Below, piece by piece: positions 32,939 to 50,286 of a stretch of 64,000 bases of DNA; position 1 is the first letter of the stretch, and each line of letters starts with the position of its first letter. Below the pieces are notes generated by a model that worked only from the letters and a program-made list of their open reading frames with translations, made no database searches and was not told the origin of the DNA. Origin of the DNA: the human T2T-CHM13v2.0 reference genome, Homo sapiens; the NCBI RefSeq assembly GCF_009914755.1, contig NC_060934.1; one strand, given 5' to 3'. Both the position numbers and the translations under genes were made by a program.

Positions 32939-33895
32939 TTCTCTTTCTGCCTTTTCATTTTCATATTGATACTGTCTTTCTTTTAAGTGATTACATTCAC
33001 TGATTAACTCCTTATTTCTTTCTTCTAGCAGAAGACTTTGCTTTTCACTCTCAGCTTGAAGTTTTTGCACAATAGCATGAAACTGGTCTTGGATATTAAT
33101 CACTGTCTTCTCTTTATTGTCAGCCTTGTTGTGGGCATCATCCAGTTGTTGTCGAAGCAACATATTCTCACTTTGTAGTTGAGACAATCTCTCCTCTACA
33201 GACTCCTGCTTTCCAATGTATTTATTCACTTTAACTTGTTCATTTTGATACTTTTGTTCCATTTCCTTCATTTGACACTGTGTTTGGCTTAGGTCCTTTT
33301 GTACCCGTTCTAAACCCAAAGTCTTTTCTCTGAGGGCATCTCTCGTGTGATGGAACTCAATTTCTAGGCTATTGAGTTTACTTTCAGTTTTAAATAGTTG
33401 TTGAGAAAGAATCTCATTGTTATCTTTTAGGTTAGACACATCAAAATTCATTTTGTCCTGTAAACGAGAACATTCATCTCTTGCTCTCTGGAAAGCAAGT
33501 TCTAGTTCTCTTTTTGATGTCTCACTTTGATCACGATCATGTATAGCAGCAGCCAATCTAGAATGGTATGATTCAACTTCTGCTTCCAGTCTTTCCTTGC
33601 TTTGCTTTTCATTCTCCAGTTTAGAATTTAGCATTGCATTCTCAGCTGTCAGAACACTAAGCCGTCCATTATACTGGGATATTGTTTGTGTTAATGTTTC
33701 CTCATTCTGTTTTATAGTCTTCTGAAGGTCTTCATTCTTTTCTTTTACAATTTTAAGGTCCTCAAAACATTTCTTTTCTTTTTCCTGGTTTTGATTTTTT
33801 ATTGTGTCTATTTCTAGTCTTAGCATAGCAATTTCTTCCTGCAACATGCTATTTTTATGCGATAGGTCTTTTTCTTCTTCATGACTATGAGAATT
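32939..33895 (-). CDS. ANKRD26: ANKRD26 large coiled-coil exon (~24), 957 nt, [11 protein letters not shown]...[17 protein letters not shown]...ENEKAERE
   Basis: tacttag|AAT ... GAA|gtaagt; ORF 32882..33847; CCDC144C-type coiled coil; phase 0 to 0. Confidence 0.96.
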
Positions 33896-35328
33896 CTAAG
33901 TAAAACAAAGGAAACTTTGAGCTAGCACCCAAGAAAATGACAGATCATGATTTCCTCTGAAATTAAAGAATAAACTGTACATTTTACAATAAAGGGTTGC
34001 AATAAGTGTATATCCAATTGAAAAAAAAAAAGTTGGATCAAAACTCAAACCGTATAGAGCATAAACTCCCAAAAGTTCAAAAATTTATTTGAAGACAATT
34101 AATCCATGAAAGTAAAAAAGAAACCACTAGAAAATTTTTAAGAATCACAGAATTGGAAAGGCCTTTTACTGAAGTACAACAAATTCAAAAGCATAAAAGA
34201 TTAATAATTTGACCACATTAAAAAATTGGGTTTATACTCTGATATCTAACCCATACACCAACCCATAGTAAGAGCCTTGGCTCTACATATATTTGGACAG
34301 ACGAAATTTCCTGAAGTTTTTCAAGTTCCTTTCTTCTGAGAATATTCTATAGATACTCTACTTTTCTCACATCTTTATAGTCAGTTATCAATTACGTTTA
34401 TTGATGAATAATAAATCTAGGCATTGTACTAAGCACTTCTACATATATCAATGAACTCATTTAGTATCACAGTTTTGAAAAGGAAAAGTTTAAAAAAAAA
34501 AGCAGCTGTATGATTTTCCCTGGGTCTTCTGACTCTATTTATAGTGTTCTTTCACTAAATCAGTTATTTCTGTGGTATAAATATTTAAATACAAAAGAAG
34601 CCTTTTATTTTACAACACTAATGGTAAATAGGACAAAATTTGTAGAGTTCCTCTTGGAAAATCACGAGATTATTTGTTGTCGCAATAACTTTTGTTTCCT
34701 CTTCATAATGTTTGAAAATGTAATAATGTGAAACAGGGAGAAATATGCTGAACTGTTTTACTAGGAACAAAATACTTATCACTAAATTATCACTAACTAT
34801 ATATCATGGCATATCATTGTTTCAAAAGCTCTTTGTACCAAAATAAGATACTACTTGCAGTAAACCATTACTCTTCTCAACAGTGAGAAGAATAACATCC
34901 AAAATATGTCACTGAACTGGCTGTACTTTTCCTCCTTTCCTATGGGTAGAAGCAATAAACTAACCTCTCCATTAATATATCAAGGTGATGAAATCACTTC
35001 CAAAATCTCAAGCATCTATTGTTAATAGCAAGGGTTTTGAGATTGTGGAAAGACCATCAATTCTTACGGAAGATATTATTAAAAGCTTCTCCTTTGGATG
35101 AGGCCATTCTGAATGTCATTACTTGACTGCTGCAGACAAGTGGAGCTGAATTAAGAACATCACTTTATCCAATGGACCAAAAACACTACCACTACCCCAA
35201 GATACACATATATGGTTTAAAAATCCTTGACACTTTCCAAGATGCATATATAGTTGGTTTTTAAAATATATACACATATAAATACATATACACACATATT
35301 TGAAAATGACTAAAGGAAATAGAAATAC

Positions 35329-35466
35329 CTCAGAATTCATTTTCTTTTGAGCCATTTCAATCTCCTTTTGTTTGGAAAGGTGATTGGTCAGAATTCCATC
35401 TTGTAACATTCTGGCATTCTGTTCTCGAGAAAGTTGCCTCTGAGCGTCATTTCGCTCTTGAACGAC
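35329..35466 (-). CDS. ANKRD26: ANKRD26 coding exon (~23), 138 nt, [46 protein letters not shown]
   Basis: tctctag|GTC ... GAG|gtattt; phase 0 to 0. Confidence 0.94.
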
Positions 35467-36013
35467 CTAGAGATACATTAAGTTTTAGGTCTATTAGCAT
35501 TTTGTAAAAGTCTAAAAGGTTAACAAGAGCAGAATTTTAAAACAAAAAACTTATAAAAAGGAAATAGCACATTAAAATGCAAGAACCTTTATTACTCAAG
35601 AATTACTCAAATTTTAATCACCTAAGTGACAGCTAAATTAATCAAAAAGCAAAAATGGTTCTTAATAAATACAGGCAAATATAGAATTGTGAAATAAAAT
35701 GTCAAAACATTTTACTAGTTTCATCATAATTTTAGAGCTATTTAGCCTGTATTTTAACATTAAATGCCTAAATTAACATTTATGTTAGTGATTAAACTCA
35801 ACTTACCCTCCATTCCTTCATTCAGAAAACAGAGACTAAGCATCTATTAGGTGCCAAGATTTATCATGAATAATTTTAGTTATAAAGGTCACAGGTCAGC
35901 TTGAGATAACAGTTTTGTTTTAAACCTAGATAACATATATTAAATCAAAAGGATGTGATAATAGTGATGAAATAAAGTTAAAAATATAAAATTTTTATCA
36001 AAAATTAATTTAC

Positions 36014-36197
36014 CTGATTCAAATTACTTTTTACAGTCCTCAATTCCATCTCCAGTGTTTGGAGACTCAGTTCAAGCTGTTGTTTCACTTCAACTTCTTT
36101 CCTATATTGCTCTTCTTTTCTTCTTAACTGTTCCCTAATTTTTTCATACAACGTATCAGCATTTCTTCTCTTCTCTTCTTCTTGGTTTAAGCTAAAT
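36014..36197 (-). CDS. ANKRD26: ANKRD26 coding exon (~22), 184 nt, FSLNQEEEKRRNAD...TVKSNLNQ
   Basis: actgcag|A TTT ... CAG|gtaaat; phase 2 to 0. Confidence 0.94.
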
Positions 36198-36509
36198 CTG
36201 CAGTTAAATATGCTTATCTTAAAATCTGTATTGTTACAAAATAAAAAGTTCATTGTGTGATATGCCGCTTTGTATGTTGGTTTATTACCCTAATACAATT
36301 TCTATGTTCTTGAATATTTTTCCTTTCTAGTTCTCTGATTTTTAATTTCTCACTTCAGTCTTTTCCAAAGGACATATATACTTGAAAGGTAGTGATGAAA
36401 GAACATTCTGCTAACTGGTAAGTTTCTGTTATGAGTACCTCTGATAAATATTATGGAAAAAGATATTGGAAATGATTCAGTAAAGATGCAAGTTGAAAAT
36501 TATCTTTTT

Positions 36510-36823
<314 letters not shown>

Positions 36824-37314
36824 TCATAATTACTCCTCAATTAGGAAAGATCATTAAACTAACTAAAAAGAAGTTAGTTTACTAAAATGTTTATAAATCC
36901 AATAGAAATATATTTTTGTTTTTATGAAATATTGCAAGTATCCCTAAAAATTATTACAGTGTAAGATAACACCCTCAGATGCTTTCATACAACATATATC
37001 TGTATAATAGCATAATTAAAGATTAGGCTAACGAGCCTAATACTGGTTACCCCATACTTTTTATGTTTCTTTTTTCTGGTAACACTTTCGACATACCTTC
37101 TTGATTATTACATATTGCATAAACAATTTTAAAATCTCTTTTGGAACAAAACAGGATCTAATATTTAAGTAAACCGTAAAGAATAATATGCATTTTCAAC
37201 ACAGAACTTTGAATGAATTTTATCTGTGTATTAGAGAGAGATCACTTTCAGTAATCACTCACCATTTTATTTTTTAATTCATGCATCTTAAGAGTAAAGC
37301 TATAAAATTGTTCT

Positions 37315-37643
<329 letters not shown>

Positions 37644-38108
37644 CTATTGATTGAAACGTAAATTAACTAAACTTTCCTGAGAACAATTTAAAAATCTGGA
37701 CCAAAGGCCTTTTTAAAAAAAATTCCTATACTTTAAACGAATAATTCTATATTGAAGAATTTATTCAAAGTAAATAATTAGAAATGTAGAAAAAGATTTA
37801 TAAAAAGGTATTCCTTCCAGCATTAACTATAATACAAAAAAACTGTAAACCCAAAACTTACTGTATTAAATAATGAGTCTTCCATACGACAAACTTCTAC
37901 ATAGCCATTAAAGTGATTTAAAAGAATATATATTTAGTAGAAGTTCATAGTTAAGAACTAGTTATATTATTTCCAAGAATTTCACACTCCACAAGACTAA
38001 GAAGTTTTCTTCCCTGCTAAGCCCCAGAAGATAAGTCAGCAATTACAAGAATTCTATATATCTTTAGTACAAATAGTTAAACATTTCTTTAAAACTAGGC
38101 TATCATAC

Positions 38109-38322
38109 CTCAAAGAGCACAGTTCTCGTTCCCATTCAACTTTTTGATGCTCTAACTGTGATTTTATTTCTTTTGTTTCAGATAGCTCCCTTTGTAGTAC
38201 ATTAACCTTGTCTTCCATTTTTTTAATTTTTACTGTAAGTAGTTCACAGTGATTTTTTTTAAGTTCTAATAATCTTTCACATGAAAGAGCTGCATCCTGG
38301 ATTTTCAATAGGCTAACAGAAT
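38109..38322 (-). CDS. ANKRD26: ANKRD26 coding exon (~21), 214 nt, DSVSLLKIQDAALSCERLLELKKNHC...WERELCSLR
   Basis: gatacag|AT ... GAG|gtatga; lies within ORF 38054..38416; phase 1 to 2. Confidence 0.94.
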
Positions 38323-38749
38323 CTGTATCAGGAAGAAAACAAGATAGAAATATATGAGCATTTTTCCATATAACACACTGTGCACTATAACATTCACTCA
38401 TTAAGACACTGACCAATTACATATTGAGGGCCTACAATGTGGAAGACATTAAACTAAGCTCTGAAGATAAAACAGGCAAGACCTCTGCACTTGCTTAGCT
38501 TAAAGTATAGTGAAGACAAAAAAAGTGACAAAATACAAAAAAAGTGACAATTATGAATTCAGATAGATGCTGTAAGGAAACAGAGTTCTATGACCACAAA
38601 AGAGAATTTGATCTATACTGGGTCCAGGGAAGATTTCCCTGAGGGAGAGGTGGCTACACTGAGAAATGAAGGACGAGAAGGCAGCAGTTAAGCAAATGGG
38701 GAAGAAAAGCATTCCAGGCAGTCTGCAGCGTGTGCTGAGGCTCTACTGC

Positions 38750-41440
<2,691 letters not shown>

Positions 41441-41478
41441 AGCTTTGCACAGTGGCAGCATCATAGCCACCAATGAAG
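41441..41478 (+). pseudogene. U4 snRNA 5' fragment (3'-truncated retrocopy)
   Basis: AGCTTTGCACAGTGGCAGCATCATAGCCACCAATGAAG versus recalled U4 AGCTTTGCGCAGTGGCAGTATCGTAGCCAATGAGG; starts at U4 nt 1. Confidence 0.75.
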
Positions 41479-41561
41479 CACTGCAAAATGTATGCTAAAT
41501 GTACATACATTTATTACATTACATACATTACAATGGGATACATAAAAAGGCCTTAAATTTA

Positions 41562-41717
<156 letters not shown>

Positions 41718-41836
41718 CTATGAAATAAATAACACTGTTTCAAAATGTCCCCAGAATATTTATAGCACATACAGAAGTGGTAATTATCCATCTTTCTAAA
41801 TGAGCAAAAACACAGGTATTTCTTAAAAAGAACTGA

Positions 41837-42243
<407 letters not shown>

Positions 42244-42306
42244 CACTTTATCTTTTATAATGTATTTTTTTAAACAATAATTTTGATAATTTATTTTTTA
42301 CAGTAC

Positions 42307-42340
42307 CTTGTTCTTTTCATTAGATGTTTTCTTAGTAGGC
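42307..42340 (-). CDS. ANKRD26: ANKRD26 micro-exon (~19), 34 nt, RPTKKTSNEKNK
   Basis: (T)13ag|G CCT ... AAG|gtactg; phase 2 to 0. Confidence 0.92.
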
Positions 42341-42799
42341 CTAAAAAAAAAAAATACCTTTCAGGCAAATAGTAAACATGTAAAATGCAAGGAATATCTA
42401 AAACTATTGTTTTTTTAAATAAAAGCTCTGCATTTGTAATTTATTTACCCTATTCATAAAGTTTACAGGAATCTTTTTTACAGGTAATATAAAAGATAAT
42501 AACTTTCTACAAGGGGTATTAAACTATATACAGAAAAAGTAAAAGTAAGGGACAAGAAAAATATACTAACAATATCATAACAAACAAATTTAGATCAAGC
42601 TTCCTGACAGTCAAAGCAAAATGAAAACATAGTGTTACTTGCATTATTCAATAGAAAGAAATATACCAGGTTTTTTTTTTTTGCTGTCGACCTTTTCAAT
42701 AAAAACAAGCTTTTACGGGCACTAAAACCTATTTGGAATATATTACTTAACACCCTTACATGATGGAAACCCTTTTTGAATGACGGTATTAGTTAGCTT

Positions 42800-43015
42800 T
42801 TTTCAGGACTCACAATGCAGGTACTATGCATTATCCTAAGCACTGTACATATATTAAACTCATTTTAATCCTAACAATAATTCTGTGAGGTTGATAACAT
42901 ATTAGGTATTTTATAAAGGAAGAAAGTAGGCACAGGAAAACCAAGTAACTTGCCCAAGCACATATAGCTGGTCAGTAGCAGACCCAAAATTCAAACCCAA
43001 AAATTCTAGCTCCAA
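42800..43015 (-). mobile_element. MIR
   Basis: AAGTAACTTGCCCAAG..CATAGCTGG..TTCAAACCCA. Confidence 0.65.
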
Positions 43016-43287
43016 AACATATTTTGCTGTGCTGTGAAAGTAATATTTATTTTCAAGTGTTTTTAAGTGATATGATAGCAGATGAATCTATATTTTCATT
43101 CTATTTCTGGTTATAATTATAAATAATTTCTGAATCTTGCAAATATTTTTAAAATAAAAAGACCTTAAATCTAGCCAATTTGGAAATCTACTTTCAATAA
43201 GCTCAACATTTATTTTTTCTAAAGAAATTCATCAATGTTCATTCATTCATCTACTCAACTCTTTATTCATGCATTCAAAAATCCTTA

Positions 43288-43599
<312 letters not shown>

Positions 43600-44502
43600 T
43601 CAGCATACATGTCAATGACACTATTAGCATAAGGCAACATGGTTTTTAATATTTTAGAACTTTATAATCTAAAAGTAATAGTCTGTGATAGATTGTCAAT
43701 AGTTTAATTTTCTACTGTACATAAACAAAATCCTCCCCTTCTCCCCAGAATCTAAACAACTATTAAGTTAATACACCTGATCTTTTAGTCTTACAAAATC
43801 ATAGCTGTTCATGATGCTACTGTCAAAAGTACTCTGATATCTTCAATTATCAAGAAATGTTTAAATTCAATTCAGTATGGCCTATATGTTTGCAGGTTTA
43901 TTATTAGATAATTTTTTAAAATCCATATATGATAGTTTAACTTTAAGATCATCATTGACACATTCAATTATATTACAATACTCCATTTTTGAAACAATTC
44001 CAAATGAACAACCTCTTAGCAAAAAACTACATTAATAGAAGTTCTAAGGACAATTAGTTTATTATAAATCTTTAAAAGATAATGGATCAAGCTTTCTGAG
44101 GCTTTGACATGCAAACAAAACTAAATTTCATAAGCATTTCCTTCTCTACTGGGTCACTCCCAAAAGCATGCAAATAAACTCTAAAAGCTTGCATTTTAAA
44201 ATAAAAAAGAAAGAAGGCTCCCTTGAATCCCACATTCTTCTTCAGTTACCACCCATTTACCTATTGCCTCTCAGTCCAAGTTCTCTCAAACGCCGTCTGT
44301 GCCCATCCACTATAGTCAGGGCTCCATGGTGACCATTTATTGAAATGGCTGCTTGTCAAAGTCACTTGTCCTCATCTTAATCTTTCAGCAGCATGGAAAC
44401 AGTCGATATTCTCTAGCTTTGGGAGACTACATCATTCTATTTTCAGAAAAAAATTACTACTAACCTTCCTCCATAGAAAAATAAAGAAATCATAGATTTT
44501 AC

Positions 44503-44673
44503 CTTCCTTCATCCTCATCTATTTCACTTAAACTGCTGTCATCATCCACTTGTAGCAGGCCACCAGTTAGTAAACTGGCCTTCCCAAACACTGGTGAATT
44601 CACAGATTCTTTCGAGGTCCGTTTTTCTTTTTCAGTGCTCTTTACTTCCTTCATTTGCAAGGCAGGACCACTA
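44503..44673 (-). CDS. ANKRD26: ANKRD26 coding exon (~18), 171 nt (168 nt with the second acceptor), SGPALQMKEV...SLSEIDEDEGR
   Basis: Tandem acceptor ttaaag|tag|TGG; donor AAG|gtaaaa; phase 2 to 2. Confidence 0.9.
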
Positions 44674-45488
44674 CTTTAAAAAATCCATGGGAAATGACAG
44701 TTACATAAGAAAAAAGAAAAAAAGAAACAACATGCAGAAAGAGAGTTAAGGAAAAGAAAGAATAAAAAATCCATTAAAAAGCCAATGTTTTCTAGTAATT
44801 CTAACAAAGAATAAAAATAATTTTTTATAAAATTCCAACATTTCCCCCATCTCAATTCATTCACTAATTCAAAAAACACGAATTACCAACAACATAAGAG
44901 AAAATGTATATTCCCTGCTTCAAAAACCATAATTTTATCATACCATTATGATAAAATGTGATATGTAAGGTTGATATATGAAAAGATATATCTGAACACA
45001 AGGACAGCTTTAAAACAGAAGAGACAAAATAGAGGAGTTCATGAGACAAAAAATGGGAGAAAACCATTCTACTTAGAGAATAGAAGGTGAGCACAGATTA
45101 GGCACACGGCATCTAGATGTTTCCTAGGAACTTGAAAGAAAAAGAGAAAGAAACTAGAGACAAGTGAATGCTACACTAAACTTGAATGTGACAGTAAAAG
45201 GCTGGAGCTCATTGCCTACAAACAATGGTCTTTAGACATGGAAGTAGCAATTAGATTTGGGCTATATTTTTTGTTTTGTTTTTAAACATCATAATGTTTC
45301 ATTTAAATGAAGTTTATTTTAAATGAAGTTTTAAAAATAGCATGATACACATATAACATGGAAGAAGAAATCAGGAAAATATCCTGGGTGGGGGAAAAAT
45401 CCTTTTAGAATACCTATATGTCATTATATGCAGTTCCAAAATAGCAATATTCTGATTAGTTATGATTTTGTTTGCAAATAAAATAATG

Positions 45489-46182
<694 letters not shown>

Positions 46183-46941
46183 ATAACTACTTTTTTACGG
46201 TCTAAAAACATGCACAAGGATATCACTATCATATACCTATATAATTTACAGAGACTGAAATTTCCCACTGTGTTAAGAGTTGAGCATGAGCCCCTAAAAA
46301 TACCCAATATACTGAAATGTTTACATGTACTACAGATCTCTCTGTGCAATCCCTTGGCAAAATTCAAATTAATTTGAGAGCCCAACATTTGGGATACTAT
46401 AATAAATATCCTTAGCAACATGTGTATATATGTAATGTGTTTATATAAATATCCTTAAAATACATACATTATTTAACATGTTATACATATATTATACATA
46501 GGCTTACTGTGTATTACACATAATATATAATAAATGTCCTTAACTTGTGTGTGTGCATTTTTATGTAAGTCATATTTTCCTGTAGAATCTAGTCCCAGAA
46601 GTGAAGCTGTTAGGTTAAAGATAGGAAATATTTGAAATTTTGATACATACTAAATTATCCTTCAAAAAGGATTTACCAATTTCATTTACCAACAGTGTAT
46701 GAGAATGCCTTTTTTCTCACATTTGCCATCACTGGGTATTATTTTTTAAATAAAATATCAATATGATTGAAAAAACTGGTATCTCATTGTTTGCTAATTT
46801 GCATTTTTCTAATTGCAAGGCAAGGTTGCATATCCCTTGCATAGTAAAAGTATAAAATTTATTAATCATGAATATTAGTCCAAATTAGAATTTTTATAGC
46901 ACAATAACAATTATCTGCTGTTAAATATGCTATCAGCTTAC

Positions 46942-47120
46942 CTAGCATACTCTTTATTTTCCTTCCTGGGAAATTGCTGATGATCAGTTTCTCCACTCTT
47001 TCTTTTTTGAATTAATCCATCATCATCATCATCATCTTCAGCATCATCAGTAGCACCATCATGTATGTTTGCTGATACTTCCATTTCATTATTTCTGTGT
47101 TTTTTCCTTTCTTCTTCAAC
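46942..47120 (-). CDS. ANKRD26: ANKRD26 coding exon (~17), 179 nt, VEEERKKHRNNEMEVSANIHDGATDDAEDDDDDDGLIQKRKSGETDHQQFPRKENKEYAS
   Basis: attaaag|GTT ... TAG|gtaagc; phase 0 to 2; (GAT)6 poly-Asp at 47019-47036. Confidence 0.93.
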
Positions 47121-48081
47121 CTTTAATGAAAGTTTGATACTAAGGAATTGCTATTACTTTATTCAATAATAATTTCTTTGTTTTCATTGAGTTTATCATT
47201 TGACTCAGTTTAACTATGGTAACTTTAGCCAATAAAAATATTTTCTGCTTACTCTAATGGGATCATTGTATACATAATTGTTATATAATTATCAGCTATT
47301 ATTATAATTTTATCAACGAAATTTTTGTAAAGTCTGCTTCATTTCTGTTTGGGTAAAACAGAATTTTCCAAAATTTCAAAGGCTCTTCTTAATTTTGTGC
47401 TTTTATTCCCATCCAATCTTCACTATCTACTATGAATTTTCACCCCATTTTACTGGCAGAAACAGAGAAATAAAAAGACAAAGACACAAGATGCATCTTC
47501 TTCTGCCTTTTTACCACCTGGATTTTACACTACGCAGCCAGGAAGAGAAAGGAATCTTCCCCCTTTCTGCACTAAGATATTCTTTTCCCCAGTGTCTTTT
47601 ATAATTCTTTTTTTCGTTTGGATCCTGGGATATCAACAAAGTGAAGGTGCTCACTGAAATACAGAAACCAAGGTTTGCCACAACATAAGGAACAGAGTGA
47701 AACTGCTGAGTTGCTGGTGTGGAATTCTGGAGAATGAGATGCTTCCCGAATTTCACATTCAATAACTAAAATTTTATAGCTGGAGGATATATAGTATAAG
47801 TATTAATTATCTAAGTTAACCTCATTATCTACTGATTAAATGATCCATCCAGATTAAAACAAGAAAGATTAAATGATCCATCCAGAGCTCCTAAAGTGGC
47901 ATTATCTAGCACTTTATGGCACCAAAAGAGATGATATAACTCCATAATGCTGAATCAGATAAATTACCAGATAAATTCATCAAATTAATCAGATGAATTA
48001 AGTGTGACACTGGCAAAGTAATTTAATGCCATAGCAGGGTGTGGGAAGTCTCGTCTGCTTTTACTTTTAAAGAAGAATATT

Positions 48082-48423
<342 letters not shown>

Positions 48424-49200
48424 TTATTGTTTATCTTTACAACTCAATGTACAGAACTCAGCTTTCTACTTTGGAGTTAAATACTAAATTTCTGGCTGAG
48501 GATTTATGCTACTGATAGGGTATACATGCCCAAACTTATCATACTTTATTAAACAACATAATGTAAAGGTCTGGTTCAACAGAAACATTTGACTGGTGTT
48601 TTAAAAAATATGTGAAAGTACATGTATTTGTTGTCAAAAATCTTTAAAGTGATCAGAATGGAATTATAAGTTCCAACAGTTTGAGTCAAACAGATAAGCT
48701 TTACACACACGAAAGCACATTAAAAAGATCCCTTTGGCTGGGAATATTTGTTAACAATACTCAGGGCTAGATATATTTTTATATCTCTTCTCAGTCACAG
48801 CTTCTCTCCCACTGTATTGCCATGTTGTTGTTTAAATAAAAGAAATTCATCTTTAAGAAAATAGGGAAAAAAACCCTAGCACTTATTACCTTTCATAAGG
48901 CAATTTCCTTTATGCTTATACTGGTTCACAAGGTCACACGGTATATGGCTAAATTAGTTTCCCAGTCCATATGTCACTTGGAAGACTGATAGACTTCTTA
49001 GGTTGATTAAGGAACAAAGATTTTGAGAATGTTTTCCTTAACTCTTGTTACTTAGATAGCAGAATAATATCTATTTCTAAACACAATTACATATTTAGGT
49101 AACACCATTTTATACATGAGCTCTTCATAAGCAGAAAATCAGAATGGATCAAATAATTGATAGAGAAAAAAACAAAGAGTAGCAGCAAGCAAACCTCTAC

Positions 49201-50286
49201 CTCTTTTTGAAGTTGGACTTTTTCTTTCTCCAAAGCCTGGAACTCTACTTTTAACATGCCTATCTCATTTTTAAACCTTTGCATATCTTGCTGTAATTCT
49301 TCTTTTAGAGATACTTTTGATGTTCTGTCACCACGTGGTGGAGAAGACCTCACATTTTCTAATTCAGGTTCCATGCTTTTATAGTTATTAGCACTGCAAT
49401 GATCATATAATGGCTTCTGGAACAAGTTCTGTATTGGTTTTGTTTTCTTGTAAGCGTCTGTACCAGCAGAAATACTATGCCTTTTTATGTGAAACATATG
49501 ATTCATTTCTTTGGAGCAGATCAAATCAAAAGGTCTTTTTGGATCACTATACTGAGGCACACGTCTGATGTCTAATTTCCAGTTAGTGGTATTTCGGTTC
49601 ATATTTTTTGTCTTATCAAACTCTTCTTTCATTACACCTGTAACTACTTCTGGGTTCCTTACTTTTTTATTTTCTGTATCATTATAAAAATTCTCATCTG
49701 TGTTAAAAACATGTTCAGTGTCTGGTTTGTTAACATTTTCATGGCCTAATTTATTTTCATTTAAATAAGGCTTAGAAGATGACTGGCAAGCATATTCTGG
49801 GGACCCAGAGTATGAAGGAAATGAAAAGCCATTTTCGAGACTGAGTACTTTTTGTTCAGGCAATGCCTGGAATAGTACAGAGACAGGAGAATCTTTTTCA
49901 TCGCAATCAAGTATATTATTTGTCAAAGAAGAAGGTATTTCCTTTAAGTTTGTGCCTCCTTTAGAGTTATCATGTAGTGACTCTTCCCCAGGAGAAGCAG
50001 TAATTTTGTATTTTTCACAAGTTTCACCACAGCTCTGCTTTAACTCATTTGTGATGAGTTTTAAGTTATTTTTCCACTCTAATTTGCCTTGTTTGGTCCA
50101 CATTTCTTCATCATTTTGCACACAAGGAAGTCCTGAATATACAGATACATCCTCTCTATCACACTCCTTATTCAGTTCTGGTTCTTGAGACATCTTTTGC
50201 AGACATGAAAGTGGACGATTAATTTGCTTGTTTTGTTTTTCAGATGTCTTTTCTGTCAGGGTGCATGTTTTTAAAATAACTTTATC
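49201..50286 (-). CDS. ANKRD26: Candidate large alternative cassette exon, 1086 nt / 362 codons, CCDC144A-like (DKVILKTC...[14 protein letters not shown]...[10 protein letters not shown])
   Basis: Stop-free frame (ORF 49087..50193, extends upstream to 50286); acceptor ttactcaag|GAT after a pyrimidine tract; donor GAG|gtagag; phase 0 at both ends, matching the flanking exons. Confidence 0.62.

Noticed and set aside
47515-47624. Possible exon cccag|GATCCAAAC...GTG|gtaaaa within ORF 47511..47762
   Set aside because: Lengths of 107 or 110 nt break frame, the pyrimidine tract is modest, and I recognise no homologue.
49087-50193. The 368-aa ORF as a stand-alone intronless gene or retrogene
   Set aside because: The frame stays open upstream of the ATG to a splice acceptor, the hydrophobic tail after KEVE is intron read-through, and homology places it as an internal exon.
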